A stretch of 38,546 nucleotides of DNA, taken from the NCBI GenBank assembly GCA_964464385.1, contig CAYXFZ010000008.1, positions 1 to 38,546 of the forward strand, read 5' to 3'. Shown piece by piece: positions 8,877-18,257 of the stretch. The notes under the pieces were generated by a model. That model searched no databases and was not told where the DNA came from. It saw nothing but the letters and a program-made list of their open reading frames with translations. A program made the position numbers and the translations under genes. Numbering within the stretch: the first letter of the stretch is position 1; every line of letters starts with the position of its first letter. The DNA comes from an uncultured Planctomycetales bacterium. GTDB lineage: Bacteria > Planctomycetota > UBA1135.

Positions 8877-9959
8877 TCAGGCCATATGGGCGGCCATTTT
8901 GGAGGAATTTGGAGCCTCTACAACGCCCCTTTCGGTAATGATGGCCGTCACGAACTTGGCCGGGGTGATATCGAATGCCGGATTCCAGGAGGAAATCTCG
9001 GCCGGGGCCAGACGGGTGCTCATTGTGTGGGCGATTTCTTCTGGATCTCGCAGTTCAATGGGGACCTCGGCTCCGCTCGGACACTGCATGTCCACGGTTG
9101 TCGTTGGGGCCGCTACATAGAAGGGGACGCCGTGTTCCCGAGCCAGGACAGCCAGTGGGTAGGTGCCTATTTTGTTGGCGACGTCCCCGTTGGCGGCAAT
9201 GCGATCACTACCGACAACAACTGCGTCAATCTTGCCTGCGGCAAGGGCCGAGGCAGCAGCGCTATCGCACTGCAAAGTGACGGGAATGCCGGCACGCTGG
9301 AGTTCCCAGGCCGTGATTCGAGCACCCTGCAACAGGGGTCTTGTTTCGTCGGCAAAGACCGCGATATTTTTTCCCAGTGCACGGGCGGCATACACCACGC
9401 CCAGGGCGGTCCCGATGCCCCCGGTGGCAAGGGCGCCCGCATTGCAGTGCGTCAGGACGGTGGGCGAGTCGTTCAAAAGTTCAGCGCCGTTTTTGCCAAT
9501 GGCCAAGCAAAGCGCCTGGTCCTCTAGGTGAAAGGCGCGGGCTTGCTCCAGAAGGGACTCAGACCACTCGATGGGAGTTCCCGAACCGGCTGTGGCCAGT
9601 GCCTGAGCGAAGGACAACATGCGTTGCGCACCGAGTCCAAGATTCACAGCGGTGGGGCGCGCTGCGGTCAATTCGATTGCGGCTTTTTCGGCCAGCTTCA
9701 GCCAAGCGTTGGCCGATTCTGTTTCGTGTTGTACTCCCAGCACCATGCCGTAGGCTCCAGCACAGCCCAAGGCGGGTGCGCCGCGCACCACAAGTCGTTG
9801 GATGGCCTCCACTAAATCAGGGACTGATGCCACCTCCACCTCCATTTCCTGGGAAGGAAGCAGAGTTTGCTCCAACAAACTCAATAGCCCGGGGATCTCG
9901 CCTTCCCAGCCCAGGGTGCGAAACCCTAGGTCAATGGCCGGCAAGGGGTGGGAAGTCAT
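8877..9959 (-). CDS. mtnA: S-methyl-5-thioribose-1-phosphate isomerase
   Basis: VRGAPALGCAGAYGM...TARPTAVNL...THCNAGALATGGIGTALGV...ADETRPLLQGARITAWEL...VVGSDRIAANGDVANKIGTY matches the MtnA/eIF-2B family. ATG 9959 overlaps the cupin stop (ATGA). Confidence 0.9.
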   Translation of the reverse strand: MTSHPLPAIDLGFRTLGWEGEIPGLLSLLEQTLLPSQEMEVEVASVPDLVEAIQRLVVRGAPALGCAGAYGMVLGVQHETESANAWLKLAEKAAIELTAARPTAVNLGLGAQRMLSFAQALATAGSGTPIEWSESLLEQARAFHLEDQALCLAIGKNGAELLNDSPTVLTHCNAGALATGGIGTALGVVYAARALGKNIAVFADETRPLLQGARITAWELQRAGIPVTLQCDSAAASALAAGKIDAVVVGSDRIAANGDVANKIGTYPLAVLAREHGVPFYVAAPTTTVDMQCPSGAEVPIELRDPEEIAHTMSTRLAPAEISSWNPAFDITPAKFVTAIITERGVVEAPNSSKMAAHMA

Positions 9960-10429
9960 TGGGAGTAGTCTTCGCAGTCCGGGTTCATGAGGTCTCGCCA
10001 AGGTTCCTCCTGGCAACAGTCCACCACCATGGGCTCTTGAAATTTTGGACTAGCCAAAGCCACCAGAAAAACACAAGGCTCTGAAGAAGTGTTGTAGGTG
10101 CCGTGCACTTCTCCAGGTGGAATATGGGCCACGTCTCCAGCTTGCATGGGGCGTGGGTCCTCTCCAACCCATTGCGTGGCCGTGCCCTCCAAGAAATAGA
10201 TTGCTTCTTCGAAATGGGGATGAAAGTGAAATCGATGCGCTTGGCCTGGGCCCATGGTTACCCGAACCACCATCAAATGTTCACTCTGGGTGAGAGGGGC
10301 TTGCACGAACCATTCGTTTTCTCCCCACGGAGTCTCCTCGACCAAAACATTGGGGGTAGCAACAAACCGGAGGCACTCTTTTCCGCACATGCCTCCATGG
10401 TATCGGATGACTTCTATACTTTTCTCCAT
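9956..10429 (-). CDS. Cupin-domain protein
   Basis: Cupin_2 motifs GPGQAHRFHFHPHFEEAIYFLEG and GDVAHIPPGEVHG. ATG 10429 is preceded by AGGGAGGAG 8 nt upstream. Confidence 0.75.
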   Translation of the reverse strand: MEKSIEVIRYHGGMCGKECLRFVATPNVLVEETPWGENEWFVQAPLTQSEHLMVVRVTMGPGQAHRFHFHPHFEEAIYFLEGTATQWVGEDPRPMQAGDVAHIPPGEVHGTYNTSSEPCVFLVALASPKFQEPMVVDCCQEEPWRDLMNPDCEDYSQ

Positions 10430-11645
10430 GATTGAGGCTCCTCCCTTTCTGATCTTGGCGACCTGCGATACCAAGGGGGAAGAGGGAGCTTGGATTCGGG
10501 ACCGGTTGCTCTCAATTGGTTTGCGAGCCCACTTGGTAGATGTTGGCGTTTTGGGCGACCCGGTCGTGGCCCCGGATGTGCCAGCAATCGAGCTCATCCC
10601 TGAATGGGAACAGATTCGGAGTCTTCCTCGCGGGGAGGCTGTGAATCGAATGGCGGAGGGCGCGGCTCGCTGGGCTGGAGCTCATGCCCACGAAATTCGA
10701 GGGGTCCTGGCATTGGGAGGTAGTGCTGGTACCACGATTGCCTGCCAAGTCATGCGATCCCTTCCCCCTGGGATGCCCAGAGTTATGATTTCTACTTTGG
10801 CTGCTGGCCCAGTGGAGCACTATGTCCAAGGACATGAGATTCATATGGTGGATCCATTGGTGGATGTCGCCGGATTGAATCGGATTTCTCGTCGAACATT
10901 CTCTCAAGCCCTCACTCTCCTCTTGAACCTGGCCCACTTGGAGCTTGTTTTACCGGAAGACAACATTCCAGAGGATCGACCCCTGGTCGCCGCGACGATG
11001 TTTGGAGTGACCACGGCCTGCGTTGATGAAGCCAGACGACTCGGTGAAGAACGGGGCTGGGAAGTCCTGGTCTTTCATGCCACGGGTCATGGGGGAGCCA
11101 CTATGGAAAAATTCATTCGGGATGGCCGAATTCATGGTGTTTTGGATTTCACAACTACGGAAATTGCAGATGAATGTGTCGGCGGGGTCCTCTCTGCTGG
11201 ACCATCTCGATTGACGGCGGCCGCTGAAAAAGGGGTTCCTCAAGTGGTTTGCCCTGGTGCAACCGATATGGTCAACTTTCTCTCGCCAGAAACGGTACCC
11301 CTCACTTTTTCTAGTCGCAAGTTTCATGTTCACAACGCAAACGTCACTTTGATGCGGACTACCACGAAGGAGTGCCTGGAAATTGGTGAGAATATCGGTA
11401 GGAAGCTTTGTCCTGCGCATGCGACCACTCGATGTCTTTTCCCGAAAAGAGGTGTATCTGCACTGGACGCGCCCGGTCAGCCCTTCGAAGATGGGGAGGC
11501 AAGACAGGCCCTGTACCGGGCATGGAGGATCCATGCCTCTCCGACCCCCTGTCTGGAATTGGACTTGCACTTGAATGACCCTTCTTTTGCCAAGGAAGCG
11601 GTCGCCCATCTCGACCAACTCATGAACACCAATCAACATGTCTGA
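10428..11645 (+). CDS. UPF0261 family protein (Tm-1 N-terminal-half-like, putative nucleotide-binding)
   Basis: N-terminus [15 protein letters not shown]..., with ...[10 protein letters not shown]... and [11 protein letters not shown] typical of UPF0261. The start is uncertain (ATG 10428, or CTG/TTG within 27 nt). Confidence 0.8.
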   Translation: MIEAPPFLILATCDTKGEEGAWIRDRLLSIGLRAHLVDVGVLGDPVVAPDVPAIELIPEWEQIRSLPRGEAVNRMAEGAARWAGAHAHEIRGVLALGGSAGTTIACQVMRSLPPGMPRVMISTLAAGPVEHYVQGHEIHMVDPLVDVAGLNRISRRTFSQALTLLLNLAHLELVLPEDNIPEDRPLVAATMFGVTTACVDEARRLGEERGWEVLVFHATGHGGATMEKFIRDGRIHGVLDFTTTEIADECVGGVLSAGPSRLTAAAEKGVPQVVCPGATDMVNFLSPETVPLTFSSRKFHVHNANVTLMRTTTKECLEIGENIGRKLCPAHATTRCLFPKRGVSALDAPGQPFEDGEARQALYRAWRIHASPTPCLELDLHLNDPSFAKEAVAHLDQLMNTNQHV

Positions 11646-12471
11646 CCATTCCCGCCAAGCCATTCTGAAGCGTTTTCGACAGCGTATTGCCAACAAGGAA
11701 CCCATCATTGGGGGTGGCGCCGGCACAGGGATTTCCGCGAAGAGTGAGGAAGCTGGCGGGATTGATCTTCTCATTCTCTACAACTCTGGTCGGTACCGCA
11801 TGGCTGGTCGAGGCTCGACGGCGGGTTTGATGCCCTATGGCAATGCCAATGAAATCGTCAAGGAAATGGCCTATGAGATTTTGCCTGTGGTTCAACACAC
11901 ACCTGTTCTTGCTGGCGTTTGTGCTACCGATCCCTTCATCATGCCTCAACAGTTTTTGGAGGACTTAAGGGCATTGGGTTTCGCGGGAATTCAGAATTTT
12001 CCAACCGTGGGTCTCTTTGAGGGGCGCATCCGACAAACCCTGGAGGAAACCGGAATGAGTTACCAGCTGGAAGTGGATATGGTTGCCCTAGCCCACGAAA
12101 TGGACATGCTGACCACGCCCTATGTTTTCAATCCCGAGGAAGCTCAGCGCATGACCGAAGCTGGCGCGGATCTCGTGGTTGCTCACATGGGTTGCACCAG
12201 TGGGGGCACCATCGGAGCCGAGACTGTAGATCCCCTGGAGGAATGCATTCCCTTGATTCAAAGCATTGTGGATACTTGCAAAGGTCTGCGTGAAGATGTC
12301 CTTTGCCTTTGCCATGGCGGTCCGATCGCAACACCATCCGACGCCCAGTCTATTCTTGAAAGTGTGTCCGGACTCGACGGATTTTATGGGGCAAGCTCCA
12401 TGGAGCGGTTTCCCGCCGAAATTGCAATTCGAGATCAAATTCGAGCATTCAAGGAAATCCGACTTTCCTGA
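11638..12471 (+). CDS. Phosphoenolpyruvate hydrolase-like TIM-barrel protein (Tm-1 C-terminal-half-like)
   Basis: [49 protein letters not shown]...[26 protein letters not shown]...[19 protein letters not shown]. Overlaps the upstream gene by 8 nt. Confidence 0.85.
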   Translation: MSDHSRQAILKRFRQRIANKEPIIGGGAGTGISAKSEEAGGIDLLILYNSGRYRMAGRGSTAGLMPYGNANEIVKEMAYEILPVVQHTPVLAGVCATDPFIMPQQFLEDLRALGFAGIQNFPTVGLFEGRIRQTLEETGMSYQLEVDMVALAHEMDMLTTPYVFNPEEAQRMTEAGADLVVAHMGCTSGGTIGAETVDPLEECIPLIQSIVDTCKGLREDVLCLCHGGPIATPSDAQSILESVSGLDGFYGASSMERFPAEIAIRDQIRAFKEIRLS

Positions 12472-15400
12472 TGGCCGTTATCCTGCTGCTCTTCCTTCCT
12501 GGCCTTGGGCAAGCCGAGTCGTCATTCTCCACAGATCGATTGCATGTTTTGTACATTGGCGATCGCGGGCACCATCAGCCTCTGGCTCGGATCAAAGATG
12601 TTTGGGGCCCCTTGGCGCGGGCTGGGATTGCCGTGGAGTGGGAGGAGGATCTCGGTGCCGTGACCCCTCAGCGGTTGCTGGACTTTGATTGTGTTTGGAT
12701 GTATGCAAATCAGGCCCAGAACGCCATCGTTCCGCCCAAGTTTTTTTCTGCCCTTCAGGGATTTGTTCGCAAGGGTGGCGGCTTTCTCGCACTGCATTGC
12801 ACGAGCGGTTGTTTCATGCAATCCCAGGCGTGGTTGGAATTTATCGGTGCTCGCTTTGTCTCTCATGGTGCGGAGGTCTTTCGGCAGACGGTTCTTGTCC
12901 AAGATCATCCCCTCCTGCGCGGGTGGCAGAACTTTGAATCCGGGGATGAAACTTATGTGCAGACACACTATGACGGCGGCCGTGAGGTCTTGGCCATGCG
13001 AGGCACGGAGCCTTGGATGTGGATTCGACAAGAGGGTCAGGGCCGCGTTTTCTATTGCGCCTCAGGGCATGACGCTCGAACTTGGCAGGAACCAGGATTT
13101 TTGGATCTCTTGATTCGAGCCACGGATTGGACTTCGGGTCCCGAAGCTGCAGCCAGGAGGGCCGCTTTTCGATTGCCTGAGTTTGATTACGAAGAGCGAG
13201 AATTTGTTCCCAACTATGAAGAGTGGGATCCGCGGATGCTTTTCCAACTGCCTTCCACCCCCGCCCAGGCCCAAGCCCATCTTCAGCCCCCGGCTGGAAT
13301 GGAGGCTCGGCTTTTTGCAGCGGAACCCATGGTGGTGAATCCCATCGCTTTGGATTGGGATCTCCGGGGCCGATGCTGGGTCATTGAGACACCGGATTAC
13401 CCCAACGAGGTCCGCCAGAAGGGGGGGACGGACCGGATTTCCATCTTGGAGGACACGAATGGGGACGGTGTTGCCGACAAGAAGACCGTCTTTGCCGATG
13501 GACTCAATTTGCCCACCGGGCTTCTTCTTGTGCCGGATGGAGTGGTTGTTGCCATGGCTCCCGATCTCCTGCTGTTTCGGGACACGAATGGGGATGATCA
13601 GGAAGATGAGCGCTTGATCCTGACGTCTGGATTCGGGCGTTTCGATACGCACGCAGGCCCTTCCAACCTTCGGTTTGGCCCGGACAACGCCATCTGGGGG
13701 GCGGTGGGTTACTCGGCATTCTCGCGAAAGGATGGGAGTCGTTTTGGAAGTGGTCTCTGGAGGCTCCTGCCAGGTGCACAAGAACCCCAATTTATGGCCC
13801 AATTCACGAACAATACTTGGGGTTTGGGATTGCGAGATGACGGAGAAGTCTTTGGCTCTACCGCAAATGGTGCCCCTTCCTTCTTTGTGGGCGCAAACAA
13901 GCTTCAAATGGCCATCTCGAATCCCAATCACAGTGGCGCCTTGCCCGTCCACGACACCGCCTGGGTGTTTCCTGCCCTTGCTGAAATCCGTCAAGGAGAC
14001 TGGATGGGGCAGTACACCGCTGCCGCCGGGCACTCCTTTTCTACGGGAAGCCAACTCCCGACCTCTTGGAGCGATCGCTCTGCCTTTATTTGTGGGCCGA
14101 CGGCCCATACCGTAGGTCGTTTCGATACTTCCATGGTGGGGGCCGGGTGGGAGAGCCGCAATGCTCTCAACCTTTGCGCTTCCACGGATGATTGGTTTTG
14201 CCCTGTCCAAGCATCCGTCGGGCCGGATGGAGCGGTTTGGATCGCAGATTTTTCCCAATTCATTATTTTGCACAACTTGCCGGGAAACCCGGAGCGCGGT
14301 CTGCCAAAAATCGAATATGGGGAGGGAAGTGCACACCTCAATCCCATGCGTGACCAATCTCATGGGCGGATTTGGCGTCTTGTGCGCAAAGAGGGCGCGT
14401 TTTCCAAACCCAAGATTGCGGATTCCTCACCGGACTCTTTCTTGAAAACCTTGGGTCACCCAAATCGATTTTTGCGGACTACGGCTCGGCAGCACTTGAT
14501 TGCGGAGCCACCGTCCGGGTTAACTCCTTCCCTGGTCCAGCTCATTACAAATGGCCCCCCTTTGGCCGCCATGGAGGCATTGAGGATTTTGCCAGCAATG
14601 GTTTCCATTTCTCAAGAGGAATGGAAAAAGGTGATGTCCTCCGTTTCTTCTGACTCGGACTTCCGGGTCTTGGTCGCACTTCTTCAGACCATGCCGGCCT
14701 CGGATGCTTCGGCAAACTGGCTTGTTGAATCCGATGTGCTGAACCATGCCAGCCCATCCATCCGGCGTCATGCCCTGCTTGCAGCATCACGTATGCCGGA
14801 ATCCGCTGTGCTTGGAATTTCCTTGGTGAGTCGCGCGATATTGGAATCTCCGGAGGACACATGGATGACTTTGGCGCTTCGGGCGGCGATCGTTGCTCAC
14901 CCCACCTCTTTCTTGAAATCGGCCTTGCCCTTATTGAAGAGGGATTCCCAGGCCCCATCGGCAAACGAATTGCCCAACCCTGGTTTCGAATGGTCCGATC
15001 CGGCTCACCCATCGGATCCATTGGGTTGGCGCGAGCGATCATATGGCGGCGTAGCCGAGGTGTCTTGGAGTTTGAACGGAGGACGCAACGGCAGCAGAGC
15101 TCTTCGAATTTCATCCCAAACCGGTGCCGACACTTCTTGGTGCATCGATGTCCCTGTCCGTCCAAATACGCGTTATCGCCTAGGCGGTTGGATTCGGACG
15201 GAGGGATTGACCCATGAGGGAACGACTCACGGAGCATTGATGAATGTGCATCCCACCCGTTCTGTTACGGAGTCTGTGTTTGAAGATTCGGGTTGGACTC
15301 CAGTAGCCGTTGAATTTTCTACCTCCTCGGATCAAGTTTCCGTGAGCTTGAATTGCCTTTTTGGAGGGTGGGGCAAGTCCATAGGTGCGGCCTATTGGGA

Positions 15401-15806
15401 TGACGTGTTTCTGAATCGACTGGGTGATGCGGGCGGTTTGGAGTCTTTGCTTGCCTTGGCCAACAAATATGCCAAGGAGGGTGCCGATCATGAGCCGGAT
15501 GCGCCAATGGACGTCTTGCTCGAGAATGGAGATGCAACGAGAGGCGAGCAAGTGTTTTTTCAAAACATGGTTTTGTCATGCAATCGTTGCCACTCCTTGA
15601 GCGGAATCGGCGGGGGTATTGGCCCACCCCTAGACGGGGTGGGATCGAGATTAAGCAAGTTAGAACTCCTTCAATCTATTTTGGATCCAAACGCTAGGTT
15701 GGCAGAAGGGTGGAAAGCGCCGGTCTCCGCCATGCCTGCTTTGAGTTCTTTCATGACGGAAGAAGAACTCAGCGACCTCATTTCATTTCTAGAACGTCAG
15801 CGTTGA
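12471..15806 (+). CDS. ThuA-like + PVC-type membrane-bound-dehydrogenase beta-propeller + HEAT-like + CBM4_9-like + C-terminal cytochrome c (CxxCH) multidomain protein
   Basis: Signal peptide [17 protein letters not shown]. ThuA-like: LHVLYIGDRGHH...FYCASGHD. Dehydrogenase domain: LFAAEPMVVNPIALDWDLRGRCWVIETPDYPN. Heme site: SCNRCHSLSG...LDGVG. The ATG shares one nt with the upstream TGA. Confidence 0.85.
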   Translation: MAVILLLFLPGLGQAESSFSTDRLHVLYIGDRGHHQPLARIKDVWGPLARAGIAVEWEEDLGAVTPQRLLDFDCVWMYANQAQNAIVPPKFFSALQGFVRKGGGFLALHCTSGCFMQSQAWLEFIGARFVSHGAEVFRQTVLVQDHPLLRGWQNFESGDETYVQTHYDGGREVLAMRGTEPWMWIRQEGQGRVFYCASGHDARTWQEPGFLDLLIRATDWTSGPEAAARRAAFRLPEFDYEEREFVPNYEEWDPRMLFQLPSTPAQAQAHLQPPAGMEARLFAAEPMVVNPIALDWDLRGRCWVIETPDYPNEVRQKGGTDRISILEDTNGDGVADKKTVFADGLNLPTGLLLVPDGVVVAMAPDLLLFRDTNGDDQEDERLILTSGFGRFDTHAGPSNLRFGPDNAIWGAVGYSAFSRKDGSRFGSGLWRLLPGAQEPQFMAQFTNNTWGLGLRDDGEVFGSTANGAPSFFVGANKLQMAISNPNHSGALPVHDTAWVFPALAEIRQGDWMGQYTAAAGHSFSTGSQLPTSWSDRSAFICGPTAHTVGRFDTSMVGAGWESRNALNLCASTDDWFCPVQASVGPDGAVWIADFSQFIILHNLPGNPERGLPKIEYGEGSAHLNPMRDQSHGRIWRLVRKEGAFSKPKIADSSPDSFLKTLGHPNRFLRTTARQHLIAEPPSGLTPSLVQLITNGPPLAAMEALRILPAMVSISQEEWKKVMSSVSSDSDFRVLVALLQTMPASDASANWLVESDVLNHASPSIRRHALLAASRMPESAVLGISLVSRAILESPEDTWMTLALRAAIVAHPTSFLKSALPLLKRDSQAPSANELPNPGFEWSDPAHPSDPLGWRERSYGGVAEVSWSLNGGRNGSRALRISSQTGADTSWCIDVPVRPNTRYRLGGWIRTEGLTHEGTTHGALMNVHPTRSVTESVFEDSGWTPVAVEFSTSSDQVSVSLNCLFGGWGKSIGAAYWDDVFLNRLGDAGGLESLLALANKYAKEGADHEPDAPMDVLLENGDATRGEQVFFQNMVLSCNRCHSLSGIGGGIGPPLDGVGSRLSKLELLQSILDPNARLAEGWKAPVSAMPALSSFMTEEELSDLISFLERQR

Positions 15807-15885
15807 TCTTGGCCGATGGGCCTGACCAGTCCGCACGCCAGCATGCTGGTGAATCCGTCCACCCCCATGGGAGCCCAGATCTGGC

Positions 15886-15920
15886 AAAAAAAAGCTCCCG
15901 CCTTATTGCAAGGCGGGAGC
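15886..15920 (-). terminator. Rho-independent terminator downstream of the 15941..16882 gene
   Basis: 11-bp stem GCTCCCGCCTT-ATTGC-AAGGCGGGAGC (15894..15920), followed on the minus strand by TTTTTTTT. Confidence 0.65.
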
Positions 15921-15940
15921 AAGGTGTTCCAGGTTGGAAC

Positions 15941-16882
15941 CTAGCCTATGGTCATGGCCAAGGCGTTGGTCAGAGTTGCCGTTTGTAAGTCGGCGCCATG
16001 GAACCAAACATTGATTCCAGTCGTTCCTTTGGGGAGGCTTTGCATCAAGTTGGCCGCTCCCAAGGCATCGGTTTGCATTGGCACCACTTTGTAGGGTGGG
16101 CTGACATAGCCGGTGCCGAACGGAGTATTCACGGGACCGCCGCCTGCCAAGGACCACACGAAGTAAGCGGTGTCGTTGGGGGTGCAGTTTGTGAGATCAA
16201 CGCTCGTGGTTGCTCCGGCAACCAAGTTCGTGACAGCAAGAGTCGGTACGCCACCACCACCGGGGGTGTCGTAATAGATCGTGCCATTCCAAACACGGGG
16301 AACAAAAGTGCTACCCGTAAAGGAAGGAGTTCCTTTGCCGTAATAAGCATCCAAGGTCAGCTCGGCATTGGCATAGGTTTCCGGGGTGCTTGATCCGTTG
16401 GTGTAATTAATTCCTCCGGAGGTGCTGTAGTTGACATTGTCCATGTAAACGCCGTAGACCTGGCCGGCCAAAAAAGTCACTCCATTTCCGCTCAGATCGG
16501 CATACGTTGGGCCATAGGCCCCTGCACCCTGAATACCTGTCGCTTGACCAAGGAGGGTCCAACCCGAGGGGTTCATGTCGAAGCCCACACAAGTTCCCAT
16601 GCGGTACCAAACATCAATGTCGAACAAGCCGGTGTTGTTCCGCGCGTGGAAGTCAATGCCGGTTATTTCGAGATCTACGGACGGTGTGATGTCGAACATA
16701 TTGCCTGCGAAACCGTTGCCACCATTGAAGTGGGTAGTTAGGGAACCTGCCGCTCGATTGCTACTGCCGCCGGGGGCGGGGGCTGTCTGAACTGCGATTC
16801 CGTCATCGGCAATCACCGTGTTTTGGGAAAATCCAAACGGGGAAGTCAAAGCAAGACAAAGGAAAGGAAGAAGGGATTTCAT
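15941..16882 (-). CDS. Secreted protein (jelly-roll-like N-terminal domain) with the shared C-terminal domain; paralog of the 1217..2986 C-terminus
   Basis: Signal peptide MKSLLPFLCLALTSPFGFSQ from ATG 16882. C-terminus: TLAVTNLVAGATTSVDLTNCTPND..WSLAGGGPVNTPFG..SPPYK..DALGAAN..LPKGTTGINVWFHGADL..TNALAMTIG. Confidence 0.8.
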   Translation of the reverse strand: MKSLLPFLCLALTSPFGFSQNTVIADDGIAVQTAPAPGGSSNRAAGSLTTHFNGGNGFAGNMFDITPSVDLEITGIDFHARNNTGLFDIDVWYRMGTCVGFDMNPSGWTLLGQATGIQGAGAYGPTYADLSGNGVTFLAGQVYGVYMDNVNYSTSGGINYTNGSSTPETYANAELTLDAYYGKGTPSFTGSTFVPRVWNGTIYYDTPGGGGVPTLAVTNLVAGATTSVDLTNCTPNDTAYFVWSLAGGGPVNTPFGTGYVSPPYKVVPMQTDALGAANLMQSLPKGTTGINVWFHGADLQTATLTNALAMTIG

Positions 16883-16983
16883 GGTGGGGGTAAGAGGTAG
16901 AGGGGGGAGATGGTGAGCCATCCCTGCCAAGTTCGCAAGGAGAATCATATTAGCATAGAAAATTGGAATTCTGTTAGGGGGAG

Positions 16984-18249
16984 TCAGGGATATTTTTTGG
17001 GGGAGTCGGAAATTTTGATGCCTGCCCGATAAAACCCACTCATTTCGGGATTCAGGGCGCCATCTTCATTCCATTCCATCCAGCGGCCCTCAATCTCCCC
17101 ATTTTTGTATTCTCGCACTCTCAATTTTTGGCCGCTTTCATACCAATCCATCCAGCGTCCTTCCGGTATCCGATCCTTGAATTTTCGTTCCCATTTTTTT
17201 TGTCCGTTTGCATACCAAGCCTCATGCATTTCCGTCCACTGATCTTTGCCCTTGCCGTGGCTGTACATCCCCTCATATTGTTTCCTGCCGTCCTCATTCC
17301 ATCCAGCCCACGGTCCCTCCTTTTCTCCGTGCTTGTAAAGACCTTGGTTTTTCTTTTGCCCATTTTCGTGCCATTCCTCCCAGAGTCCTTCCTTTCGTCC
17401 GTCCTGGTATGCCCCCTCATCTTGCTTCTGACCATTGGCATGCCATGAGGTGATCCGTCCATTGACAACCTTTCCGTTCTTGTATGTTCGATTGAAACGG
17501 GTCTGTCCATTTTCGTGCCACTCGTTCCAGGACCCATCCAGAAGGCCATTCTTGAAATTCCTCTCGGACCGTTTCTTCGCATTATTATGCCATTCCGTCA
17601 TCCGGCCCTCTGCCTTCCCGTTCTTGTAAGTAGCTTCATACCATTTTTGTCCGGTTTCCAGCCACTCGATCCATCGTCCATCCAACTCCTCGTTCTTGTA
17701 TTCTCGCTCCCTGGATTTTTGTCCGTTTTTATGCCACTCCGTCCAACGCCCCTCCAGCGTTCCGTTTTTATACTCCCGCTCTCTAATTTTCCGACCTTCA
17801 CCATCCCACTCGGTCCATCTCCCGTCCCTTGTGCCGCTGGGGTCCTCCAATTCCAGACGCAAGGGGACCCTCCTCCCTGAGGTAGTCCGCTCATAGGTTC
17901 TGAGCCAAAGGAGGTAGCCGTTTGTGTATTCCCCTTCCTTTTCTTTCGTACCCTCTTCCAGCCACCAAGTCCAAAGGCCGACTTTTGTTCCGTCACTGAG
18001 CAAGCGTCCTTCGGATTTCTTCTGACCGTTCTCATGCCTTTCGACAAAGAGTTCCCCCCAACCGGCCCTTTGAGTTTCCAACCGCACCTTTTGCTTGCGT
18101 TCAAATTCGGCAATCCTTTTCCTTTCCAAATCCTTTTCATATTTCGCAATGCGTTGGGCAGGCTCCTCTCTTTCCTCGTCACCTCGGCTTGGGTCGGAAC
18201 ATCCTCCCAAAGCGATGCTTAGAGCGAGGACTAGGGGGCCAAAGCGCAC
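16984..18249 (-). CDS. Lipoprotein made of ~14 MORN-variant (YwqK-like) repeats
   Basis: Lipobox LALSIALGGC. Repeated YKNG.L.GRWTEWHxNGQK units run along the whole length. Confidence 0.85.
   Translation of the reverse strand: MRFGPLVLALSIALGGCSDPSRGDEEREEPAQRIAKYEKDLERKRIAEFERKQKVRLETQRAGWGELFVERHENGQKKSEGRLLSDGTKVGLWTWWLEEGTKEKEGEYTNGYLLWLRTYERTTSGRRVPLRLELEDPSGTRDGRWTEWDGEGRKIREREYKNGTLEGRWTEWHKNGQKSREREYKNEELDGRWIEWLETGQKWYEATYKNGKAEGRMTEWHNNAKKRSERNFKNGLLDGSWNEWHENGQTRFNRTYKNGKVVNGRITSWHANGQKQDEGAYQDGRKEGLWEEWHENGQKKNQGLYKHGEKEGPWAGWNEDGRKQYEGMYSHGKGKDQWTEMHEAWYANGQKKWERKFKDRIPEGRWMDWYESGQKLRVREYKNGEIEGRWMEWNEDGALNPEMSGFYRAGIKISDSPKKYP
17049..18069 (-). repeat. Coding tandem repeats (MORN-variant units, ~69-72 nt) producing many shadow ORFs
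   Basis: Recurrent ...tggcatgccattc.../...ccattcctcccagag... blocks. Shadow ORFs 17121..17582, 17128..17448, 17515..17880 and 17598..18182 lie here. Confidence 0.7.
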
Positions 18250-18257
18250 GGGGATAG

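Noticed and set aside
9956-10429. Cupin as acireductone dioxygenase (MtnD), because it is ATGA-coupled to mtnA
   Set aside because: The motifs are generic cupin_2 (G.....H.H....E......G). I do not see ARD-specific features or the expected length, so it is left as a cupin-domain protein with the link noted as speculation.
13062-14363. 433-aa minus-strand ORF inside the ThuA/dehydrogenase gene
   Set aside because: It is antisense to a strongly supported multidomain CDS. The translation is Arg/Pro/Gly-rich with no recognisable family. The same reasoning applies to 12522..13031, 14545..15237 and 15180..15563.
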